Positions 48,086 to 55,817 of a stretch of 64,000 bases of DNA are shown in pieces. The notes beneath the pieces were generated by a model. It was given only the letters and a program-made list of their open reading frames with translations, did not search any database and was not told the DNA's origin. The DNA comes from a virus: IMG/VR virus record IMGVR_UViG_3300028388_003908, positions 64,001 to 128,000 of that record; one strand, written 5' to 3'. How positions within the stretch are numbered: position 1 is the first letter of the stretch; each line of letters begins with the position of its first letter. A program made the position numbers and the translations under genes.

Positions 48086-48353
48086 TACCCAAAGATTCAG
48101 CCACCATCTTGATAAAAGCTCTCGCATCTCCACGATACTCTTTACCATTCCTGTTCAGAGCAACCTCAGCACCGCGACCAAAGGTAGCAAATGCGTTACC
48201 TTTTAGGACAGCTTTCAGTTCATTAAAATTATTGATCTTAATCATATCCCCGTCTTCAGCTATAAGGATGAAAGATTCCCCTGCGGTCTTACCCTCAAGT
48301 TGTGCGATACGGGTTTCAAGATCACGAATTACTTCACTAGCTGTTCTTCTCAT
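48063..48353 (-). CDS. MRRTASE-leader hypothetical protein
   Basis: MRRTASEVIRDLETRIAQLEGKTAG then unrelated payload. Confidence 0.7.
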   Translation of the reverse strand: MRRTASEVIRDLETRIAQLEGKTAGESFILIAEDGDMIKINNFNELKAVLKGNAFATFGRGAEVALNRNGKEYRGDARAFIKMVAESLGTKTVYHF

Positions 48354-48417
48354 GTGGAAGATCCTTTCTCGGTTAGCATGATTGCTCTCTCAGAGCATTT
48401 ATAAATGAAAAAAAAAA
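48294..48417 (-). repeat. Promoter-RBS-leader cassette, copy 2
   Basis: Direct-repeat partner of 47316-47435. Confidence 0.85.
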
Positions 48418-48645
48418 TCAAAGAGACCGATAGTACTCAGAGAGCAGTTGCTTGGCCATGTTCAAACCTACATCGAACTTGCGCGAAATCGCCTTCAAGA
48501 TCAGATCATCTGACATACCTATATCCTTCAAAGATCTGATCTCTCTGTTCACCTTAAAAGGTGGTAAAAAGAAACCTCGATCCCTTTCCAAATAAGCGTT
48601 CGCCACTCTTCGGGCGCTCTCTTTAAGCATAGCTAATCTTCTCAT
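48418..48645 (-). CDS. Small hypothetical protein with RRVANAYL tag
   Basis: MRRLA start, ARRVANAYLER. Confidence 0.6.
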   Translation of the reverse strand: MRRLAMLKESARRVANAYLERDRGFFLPPFKVNREIRSLKDIGMSDDLILKAISRKFDVGLNMAKQLLSEYYRSL

Positions 48646-48788
48646 ATTCGTAACCTATCTGTGAGTATTTTATGACCCTAAATCAGCCTGATTAAAAAAT
48701 CAGTGGTCGGTCAGGCTCTCTCATTGAGAAGCTCACAGGCGAGGTTCTTAGTCCTCGTCATCCTCGTAGTCCTTGAAGGTGAGGTAAG

Positions 48789-50168
48789 TTATTGACCCAA
48801 AAACCTCTCAACCTTCTCAATCACTGACCTCTCGTCTGACCTTATCTCTCCCTCCCAAATCACAAGGCAAGACACACCACAACAAGCATAGTAGTCAACC
48901 ACCTCTGCTTCATGCTCCTCATTACTCTTGCCCGTCTTTGATTCCCCATGCCAGTAGTCCCCAAATACCTCCACCACCTTATACACCCGTAAATCGTTCA
49001 AATTAGCGCCGGCTATATAACTCTCGTACTGACTCTCAGACAAATAAATGAAATCAGGGTTTCTCGCCCTCTCCGCCCCCTTATGCCTTAACCAGTATGA
49101 GTGATCCCCTGCATAAACCAATCTCTCTGGCGTGATCGAATCAAAGTATCTCTCCAACTTGTTAGGGAAATCAAAGGTACTTTGTAAGCTCTGAGGAGGA
49201 AATGGTACCCCGTACTTTTCTAGCCAAGTTGCTTTAATACGGTCCTTGACCTCTTGTGATTTAGATGGATTATCCACCCCATAACGCTCAAGACAAGTCG
49301 CCCTACTCTTATCAAGAAAATCTGCTCTTTTTAAAGGATGTTCAACACCATACCTCTCAAGGTAAGTAGCTTTTGCTTTCTGATCGAACCAAGATACTTG
49401 TGGGGAGTATTTCACCCCATAACGCTCAAGATTCGTCTCTTTTTGCCTTTGTTTAACCACATCACATTTCATAGGGTGTTCAACACCATAGCGCTCTAAA
49501 CAAGCCTCCTTAAATTTCGCTTGAAACTCGTCCGTCTCAACATAGTGTTCAACACCATAACGCTCAAGATTCGTAGCTTTACGCTTATCCATAATCTCAT
49601 CAGACTGATTAGGGTACTCTACCCCATAACGCTCAAGATTCGTCTCTTTAATGCGCTCCTGTACGACACCCGAAGCAAATACGTTCTCTACCCCATAACG
49701 CTCAAGATTCGTAGCCTTACGCCTCTCTTTAATCTCATCACTATGAGCTACGTTCTCTACCCCATAACGCTCAAGATTCGTATCTTTGATCTTCTCTCTT
49801 ATAGAGCTATCTTGAAACACGTTATCCACACCATAACGCTCCTTGACCGTAGCCTTACGCTTCTCGTTTGTCTTAGGTATCGAGGTAAGAGCGCTGTACT
49901 TAGCACGATACTCTTTTGCGTCATAACCATGCACCTTCCTTACATGATCCGCAATACGCTTCTTACGATAACCGCAAATCTTACAAGATAGATAGTCCAC
50001 ACCCTCTACCAAATCAGGCTCATACAAACCCCTTTGAAAATATTCATCGAAGTTGAAATCAGATGAAGGTACGCCAATCTTAGCCTCCCAATCACTACAG
50101 CGTGTAATGTGACCAGGGAGACCTTTAGCGCTCACTTCCTTTTTACAAGCAGGACAATGTGTTGTCAT
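48789..50168 (-). CDS. Free-standing homing-endonuclease-like protein: Zn fingers, 23-aa ERYGV repeats, Vsr-like nuclease
   Basis: CPAC..H..C and CKIC..H...H; about 10 TNLERYGV repeats; NPDF...VEVFGDYWH...LVIWE. Confidence 0.75.
   Translation of the reverse strand: MTTHCPACKKEVSAKGLPGHITRCSDWEAKIGVPSSDFNFDEYFQRGLYEPDLVEGVDYLSCKICGYRKKRIADHVRKVHGYDAKEYRAKYSALTSIPKTNEKRKATVKERYGVDNVFQDSSIREKIKDTNLERYGVENVAHSDEIKERRKATNLERYGVENVFASGVVQERIKETNLERYGVEYPNQSDEIMDKRKATNLERYGVEHYVETDEFQAKFKEACLERYGVEHPMKCDVVKQRQKETNLERYGVKYSPQVSWFDQKAKATYLERYGVEHPLKRADFLDKSRATCLERYGVDNPSKSQEVKDRIKATWLEKYGVPFPPQSLQSTFDFPNKLERYFDSITPERLVYAGDHSYWLRHKGAERARNPDFIYLSESQYESYIAGANLNDLRVYKVVEVFGDYWHGESKTGKSNEEHEAEVVDYYACCGVSCLVIWEGEIRSDERSVIEKVERFLGQ
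49200..49850 (-). repeat. 69-bp coding repeat array
   Basis: ACCCCATAACGCTCAAGATTCGT at 49414, 49621, 49690 and 49759 plus degenerate copies. Confidence 0.9.
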
Positions 50169-50271
50169 AAAACACCCCTAAATAGACAAGAGTGCTTAAT
50201 CCTACATCAAACTTTATGTGCTGTAAAGTATATTGAAAAATATATCGTAAGTGTCTATAACTAAAAGAGAT

Positions 50272-51168
50272 TTACAGGAAGTTCCTCGGACCTAAAACCC
50301 CTCGACCAACGTGGGGACCAAATGCCGACCTGATGCCCACCCCATATTTAGGCTGACGTAATCCTCTCAAAATCTTCACCGTGCGCGATTTAGCTTCAAC
50401 GCTTTGAGACCACATCTGCTCAGCGCTCGATTTCAAGGATTCATAGCGTGACGATTTATCGAGACTAAGTGAGATACCTCCTATCGAATAATCAAATTCA
50501 TCCACGATCCAATTCGCCTGTAGCGCCATGGCTGCGAACTGAATAGCCCCTTGAAGAATCGGAGTTCTCCAAGCGGGCTTACGAGAGACGATGGCGTCTA
50601 GATTGGTGTACTCATCGGTCTCAGGTGGTTGCATATTCCACCAGTCTAAGGCGCGCTCTAGATACTCAAGAAACTCCTCGTCTTCCCACACCTGACCGAA
50701 CACCTGATTATATGAGTTGATGTTAGCCTCATGCTCAGGCGGTCTGAAATGATAATATTTATCAGGGTTGGCGTCACGGAGGAGTATCCTCAGTTTATCG
50801 ACCATTATTCTCTGACCATCTGTCATGCTAATCCCGAGCATCGAACCTTCAGAGACAATCTGAAAGTCCTGTACCACGGTTTGCTCGGGAGAATTCACAA
50901 GCTCTCTAAGCGTCCATCTTATGCGGTATCTACCATAGGCTGCCGATGTAGGTATTGTTACCGAAGCGTAATACTCACCGATAGCGGGATTCTCAGGTAT
51001 GCGCTGTGCAGGACCGATAAGCACGTCTGCCTCAGGCGGTCCTGGATCTACATAATAAAGCGCATAAGTAATCTCGGCCGCGTTAGCGATGTTGCCCGCA
51101 GAGTTGGTCAAGAAGATGTCTAAATCCCCTCTTGAGAGCGTCTGATTGCGCTTAAAGATAACAGACAT
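50272..51168 (-). CDS. Probable head-tail connector/neck protein
   Basis: Ig-like N-half, helical C-half with DYSIGGISLSLDKS; located between head and tail genes. Confidence 0.5.
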   Translation of the reverse strand: MSVIFKRNQTLSRGDLDIFLTNSAGNIANAAEITYALYYVDPGPPEADVLIGPAQRIPENPAIGEYYASVTIPTSAAYGRYRIRWTLRELVNSPEQTVVQDFQIVSEGSMLGISMTDGQRIMVDKLRILLRDANPDKYYHFRPPEHEANINSYNQVFGQVWEDEEFLEYLERALDWWNMQPPETDEYTNLDAIVSRKPAWRTPILQGAIQFAAMALQANWIVDEFDYSIGGISLSLDKSSRYESLKSSAEQMWSQSVEAKSRTVKILRGLRQPKYGVGIRSAFGPHVGRGVLGPRNFL

Positions 51169-51169
51169 G

Positions 51170-51216
51170 ATAAACCCCCTTGTCTTGAGCTTTTAAATCA
51201 AGACAAGGGGGTTTAT
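51170..51216 (-). promoter_or_regulatory. 19-bp perfect hairpin covering the RBS of ORF 51168
   Basis: ATAAACCCCCTTGTCTTGA / TCAAGACAAGGGGGTTTAT with 9-nt loop. Confidence 0.7.
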
Positions 51217-51241
51217 TTAAGGTTTACAGCGCGTCTAGTTC

Positions 51242-51925
51242 TTAGACGACAAGACTAAAGGTAACGTGGTTGCTACCTTCCTCAAAGATCCAAACGTCCG
51301 CCCTCATTCTTACTAGAGAAGGATGTGGGATAAGGATCTCTACATATCCTGCATCTCTGTAGAGCTTAACTCCTTTGACCGCTTTCAAGAGCGTTCTGTA
51401 AACAAGTCTTGGACGCATATTGACCCTAACGGAACCTCGCACAATGTCGGCAGAGATGCCTGCATCTTCCAAGATCTGCAAAAGAGCAAGATTCTCTTTA
51501 CTAACTGTAGAAGGTGCTCGTCTATCAGTAATGAAATCCTGATCTAACCCATCGGGGTCCTCAAGACCAATTCATCTTGAAGTCTCCCAAGGGTCGATAG
51601 CCTCCTTCTCAAGGCGCGCTACGCGCATCTCAAGCTCACGGATAACCTCACCGGCTGTTCTTCCCATATTTGCTGTTCTTAGTAGATTCTTGGGGGTGTT
51701 GCGCTTCAAGAAATTCTGAACGGTTTGGGCAGCCTTTGATCCGAGATCATTAGTCACAATGCGACCACCCTCCCAATGAGCGATATTTGACCCGCCCATC
51801 CATACGCCATCTAGACGCATACCGTTAGTGAGTAGCTTCTTAGACTCTGCGGGTTTTTGATCAATAAATGCGTTGATCACCATCTTATCCTTCTCGGATA
51901 GACGTAGCTCTGCGATTCGTCTCAT
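51242..51925 (-). CDS. Cargo-type polyprotein interrupted by an in-frame TGA at 51572-51574
   Basis: MRRIA start, internal RTANMGRTAGEVIRELEMRVARLE; frame stays open after TGA into ORF 51242-51481. Confidence 0.5.
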
Positions 51926-51999
51926 AATAGATAACCTTTCAATCTGTCGTGTGCATGAGCGTACTATAAGCAAAAAAAAAGACCAAAGGAGAGACCGAC

Positions 52000-52425
52000 A
52001 TGAAGGCGTTATATTTCGCTTACGGAGCTAACATGGAGCTTGAAGGCATAAAGATGATCTGCCCCTCTGCTCGATTGTTAGGTCAAGGATTCTTGCAAGG
52101 ATTTCGTCTGCGATTTACGAACGCGGACCCTAACAAGAGAGGTCTCTGCTCTATAGAGCCGTCCTGCTTTAAGGATTTGGTGCAGGGGGTGGTATATGAG
52201 ATCAATCATTGGGAGCTTCCAGAGGTCTACACTAACTCTCGAACTTCTCTTTTAGACGTGCTGATGGAAGACGGATCTTTCCTAAAGGTCAACGTCTACT
52301 ACGCCAAGGATAATCATCTCGTAGCGCCTGATGAAGGCTACCTAATGAAGGTGCATCAAAACTACGTCAAGCAGGGCTTCAACATGAAAGCCCTAGAAGA
52401 CGCGCTCGACAAGACGACCTATTAA
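52000..52425 (+). CDS. Gamma-glutamylcyclotransferase (AIG2-like) fold protein
   Basis: YFAYGANM, GFRLRF, VQGVVYEI, P..GY. Confidence 0.75.
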   Translation: MKALYFAYGANMELEGIKMICPSARLLGQGFLQGFRLRFTNADPNKRGLCSIEPSCFKDLVQGVVYEINHWELPEVYTNSRTSLLDVLMEDGSFLKVNVYYAKDNHLVAPDEGYLMKVHQNYVKQGFNMKALEDALDKTTY

Positions 52426-52685
52426 GAATCTTCCCTCATGCACATATAGGTAAGACTCTTAAGATTTCGGATCTCGTCAACAAATGACAGCGCGCAGATC
52501 TTGGCCGATCTGTTAAAGTATTCCTTCTTCAGATCTCGAATCGAATCCGTGCGCTCAAAGATGAAAACGACTTTACGTCTGTCTCTCTCTGCCCCAATAA
52601 AGGGGACGCAGGCAGCCTTGAGAAACGAGGCAAAATAAAGATCTGAGGTGCTGTATCTGCCCTCTAGTATTTCTGCCCCGTTCAT
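52422..52685 (-). CDS. DUF5659-like small protein
   Basis: YSTSDLYFASFLKA...VVFIF...IRNLKSL. Confidence 0.65.
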   Translation of the reverse strand: MNGAEILEGRYSTSDLYFASFLKAACVPFIGAERDRRKVVFIFERTDSIRDLKKEYFNRSAKICALSFVDEIRNLKSLTYMCMREDS

Positions 52686-52699
52686 ATCTCAAAACCCCC

Positions 52700-53308
52700 T
52701 TAGAGTAAGGTGCCGTCCTCTGCGTAGACAACCACTAGACCTGCGTCTTTTGCTCTAGCTACCTGACCCTCTGCGAGAGAAATCCAGAAGCTAGAATCCT
52801 CCTCTACGATATCCTGATAAGCTCCCTCGTCAAAGAAGACAGCGTTATTAGGATCTAGAACGGTGGTGTCGTGACCTGCGGGCAAGGTGTACTTAGCGCC
52901 TGAGAGCAGACGAAGCACCTCTTGAACATCTACAGAACCGGGCAGGAAACCCGCCACGGCGGCCGCGATGTAAGCGCCAATGTTTGCGATATCCATGGCG
53001 CTACCATCTCTCATCTCAGACACAAGCGCCTCTGCGATGGTCGCAGCTTGAGCAGGCGTCGGACGAGCGTTAGCTCCGTTAACTACGTTAGTAAGAACGT
53101 AGGCTGCCAAACCATCTACAGCGCGAGTAATCGCACCTGCACCATTAATGGTAGGCAGAACGATCACAGGCTGTCGTAGATAGCGAGGACCTTGAGGTGC
53201 AGGATCCTTTACAGGATTGGCTAGAGAACGGCTAGGCCAAAGATCACGGATTGAGAATGAACCGTTTTGAACGGTCGCGCTTCTAATGCAAATAGCGGGG
53301 CTTGCCAT
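52700..53308 (-). CDS. Putative virion protein, paralog C
   Basis: QNGS..IRDL..DPAPQGP...FWISLAEGQ...VYAEDGTL. Confidence 0.6.
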   Translation of the reverse strand: MASPAICIRSATVQNGSFSIRDLWPSRSLANPVKDPAPQGPRYLRQPVIVLPTINGAGAITRAVDGLAAYVLTNVVNGANARPTPAQAATIAEALVSEMRDGSAMDIANIGAYIAAAVAGFLPGSVDVQEVLRLLSGAKYTLPAGHDTTVLDPNNAVFFDEGAYQDIVEEDSSFWISLAEGQVARAKDAGLVVVYAEDGTLL

Positions 53309-53319
53309 GAGCTATCTCC

Positions 53320-53955
53320 TTATTGGATGAGTGAACCGTCATCCGCATAGCAGACAACAAAAGGGGTGGTTGCGGTCTGAGCAGTCTTAAGCTGACCTCT
53401 ACGAGCGCTAATATAGAAGCTCGTACTGAAGTTGGTGATGGTCGTATCTAGGAAGCCATCAGTAGGATCTGCAAAGAAAGCTCCGAGAGCGAAAGGACCT
53501 TCAAAAGCACCGGCGTTGTTCTCGTCCCCGATAGACTGAGCAGGCAAGGTGAAAACCTTATAGCCCGAGACAATCTGGAGAAGCTCTACGAGATCGCCAT
53601 CAAAGGCGTTACCCGCTTGAGTGTTAGCAACCACGATAGCATCAAGAGCAGTCTGTGTAAGCTCGGTACCGGAATCGAGAGCGTCTACAATAGCACCACC
53701 GATAGCGTTAGCCTGATTTGCGGTGAGCGCGTCACCTGCATTATCAGTGGTTGCTAGGATATATGCAGACACGCCTGAAAAAGGGGTTGCCGTGTCGAAA
53801 TTACCGTCTAGTGCCACATCCTCATTAATCGCTCTAGCGTGAGCCTTGAGCGTGATAGGACCTTGGAAAAGAGGGCTGTAAACACCGCTGTCTTGGGTCT
53901 TGTGTGGTGACAGGTCGGTTACCGTGAAAGTGCTCTTAGGACATACAAAAGGCAT
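53320..53955 (-). CDS. Putative virion protein, paralog B
   Basis: VTDL..QGP...FYISARRGQL...CYADDGSL. Confidence 0.6.
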   Translation of the reverse strand: MPFVCPKSTFTVTDLSPHKTQDSGVYSPLFQGPITLKAHARAINEDVALDGNFDTATPFSGVSAYILATTDNAGDALTANQANAIGGAIVDALDSGTELTQTALDAIVVANTQAGNAFDGDLVELLQIVSGYKVFTLPAQSIGDENNAGAFEGPFALGAFFADPTDGFLDTTITNFSTSFYISARRGQLKTAQTATTPFVVCYADDGSLIQ

Positions 53956-53968
53956 AGTCTACTCCTTA

Positions 53969-54613
53969 TTAAACGGCGGTCAGAGAGCCGTCAGACTCGT
54001 AGAGCGTGATGGTCTGATTATTAACAAAAGCGCCTAGCGCGCCTTGACGAAGGGATGTTCTCCAATTCAGATCATTCTCCACAAGACGCTTCACGTCTCG
54101 ACCGAAGAAATCATCGGCAAGAACTGCAATCAATCCGCCAGCGTCCTGAATGGCAGTACCAGCGGCCACCGTGTAAGACTCGCCTGAAATAATGCGGATC
54201 AGCTCCTCAACGTCACCCGTTGAGTTAGATGCCTGACCGTCAAAATCTGCGGGCACGATCCCGTTAAGGAAACCAAGATTAACCACACCACCAGCCTCAA
54301 TCTGTGTACGAATAGCAGATACGATAGGTAATGCGTCCGTCACGGTCAGCGCGTCACCATTACCGTCCTCAACTCTTCTTAGAAGATACGCGAGAACACC
54401 TGTAGCAGTACCAATAAATCTCACGTTAGCGCCTGCAACACCGAGAGTAGGTACTTGACCTACAGCGTCACCCCAAACAGGAACACGAACGTGGACGGGG
54501 CTTTGAGGGGCAGGATCATTAGTGAGATTCGCTTGGCTCTTGTTGATAAAGAGGTCGTGAATCTGAACGGAGCCGTTTTGTGCGCCGGCAACGCGAGATA
54601 CGATATAAGGCAT
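53969..54613 (-). CDS. Putative virion protein, paralog A
   Basis: QNGSVQIHDL..DPAPQSP...WRTSLRQGAL...LYESDGSL; TAATCGTTTTAT upstream (54660-54671). Confidence 0.6.
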   Translation of the reverse strand: MPYIVSRVAGAQNGSVQIHDLFINKSQANLTNDPAPQSPVHVRVPVWGDAVGQVPTLGVAGANVRFIGTATGVLAYLLRRVEDGNGDALTVTDALPIVSAIRTQIEAGGVVNLGFLNGIVPADFDGQASNSTGDVEELIRIISGESYTVAAGTAIQDAGGLIAVLADDFFGRDVKRLVENDLNWRTSLRQGALGAFVNNQTITLYESDGSLTAV

Positions 54614-54671
54614 GAGAGCCTCCTTAAATTGAGAGGGTTAACACAATAAGGAAGCAAACATAAAACGATTA

Positions 54672-55385
54672 TCAACCTCTATTGACCGTAGACACCCTCA
54701 TGGTAACCAGAGGCGTACCTCCATCCGAACCGATGAAGAACTCTGGCGCGCCCGCACCCGTTAAACCAAGAGTTTCCCCTGGTCTTAGGATAGAAGGTGA
54801 GAGACCGGGATGGAACGTGATGAATACGATATTCGTCCCAAGATTGGTCACGTTCACGCTCTGAGAGTACATAGGCAAATGCAGATTGACACAGCCTTCC
54901 CCTAGCACATCCGGAATAACCCCGTTCGTCTGTAGATCCGGCGCATTACCCGAGCAGGTAAATGTAGGATTACCTGTGCTAAAGAAATCATAAGGGGGCA
55001 GAGCCGTAATAGGGCCGTAAGGACCCTTTGTCCCGTCTGAGAACACACCTCTTAAAACGATATAGCAAGTTTCGTGATCGCCCGGTATACGAGCAGTATT
55101 CAACACGAAAGGGGTTGAGTAATCGTTAATGTCAAACAGCGCTCGGGTCAGATTCAGATCCGATTGATCAATCTGTCTCTTTAAGATGTGAGCAGAAGAG
55201 GATCTAAAGACCCGACCCACATCTACCGTAAACGCTAAAAGAGGGGCAGTAAAAGCGTCATTTAGATTAGACGCCATGTGGAACTCAATGCTCTTGTAAA
55301 CGCCACAAGAACCATTGGCGATGGTCATATCCACTAAGCCCTTACTACGTCTAACGAGAGACGGGACCAATCGTGATCTAGACAT
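54672..55385 (-). CDS. Hypothetical beta-rich protein, probably structural
   Basis: 237-aa ORF in head region. Confidence 0.55.
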   Translation of the reverse strand: MSRSRLVPSLVRRSKGLVDMTIANGSCGVYKSIEFHMASNLNDAFTAPLLAFTVDVGRVFRSSSAHILKRQIDQSDLNLTRALFDINDYSTPFVLNTARIPGDHETCYIVLRGVFSDGTKGPYGPITALPPYDFFSTGNPTFTCSGNAPDLQTNGVIPDVLGEGCVNLHLPMYSQSVNVTNLGTNIVFITFHPGLSPSILRPGETLGLTGAGAPEFFIGSDGGTPLVTMRVSTVNRG

Positions 55386-55387
55386 GA

Positions 55388-55777
55388 TTAACTACCTTTC
55401 TTTTCCTTTGCCACCATAGTCTCATAAGACGTGGTGTCTTTGCCTTTAGATTTAGCAAGGCTCTGTGCCTCTGACCAAGAATCAACGCGCTCGCCATCTA
55501 CATTTGGAGCGAGGCGACCACCAACATTGGTGTCGTTTTTCATCTCGTATTGTCTGTGATCGAGCTTATTGTTCTTAGCCTTCATTTGACGCTTAATGCG
55601 CTCATTCTTGGTCGACCAACCATCGCCTTTAAAAACATGATTGACGCAAGGCTTGAAGATCCTAGGGTTATCTCGACCGCAATCGGGACAAGGTTGCTCC
55701 TTGTCATAGTCTTCCATCGAGACTTTCTTGAGATATTCCTTATCGCAATCAGCGCAATTATAAGAGTAAAAAGGCAT
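55388..55777 (-). CDS. FmdB-family zinc-ribbon protein
   Basis: MPFYSYNCADC...CPDCG...FKGDGW. Confidence 0.8.
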   Translation of the reverse strand: MPFYSYNCADCDKEYLKKVSMEDYDKEQPCPDCGRDNPRIFKPCVNHVFKGDGWSTKNERIKRQMKAKNNKLDHRQYEMKNDTNVGGRLAPNVDGERVDSWSEAQSLAKSKGKDTTSYETMVAKEKKGS

Positions 55778-55817
55778 CGGTAATCTCCTGCTTAGTATGT
55801 CGTCATACGCAATAATA

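Noticed and set aside
49200-49850. CRISPR-like array of 23-nt repeats every 69 bp
   Set aside because: Period is a multiple of 3, repeats encode TNLERYGV inside an intact ORF, spacers resemble each other, and there are no cas genes
48650-50270. Group I intron around the endonuclease
   Set aside because: Flanking genes look complete and no intron core elements were recognisable
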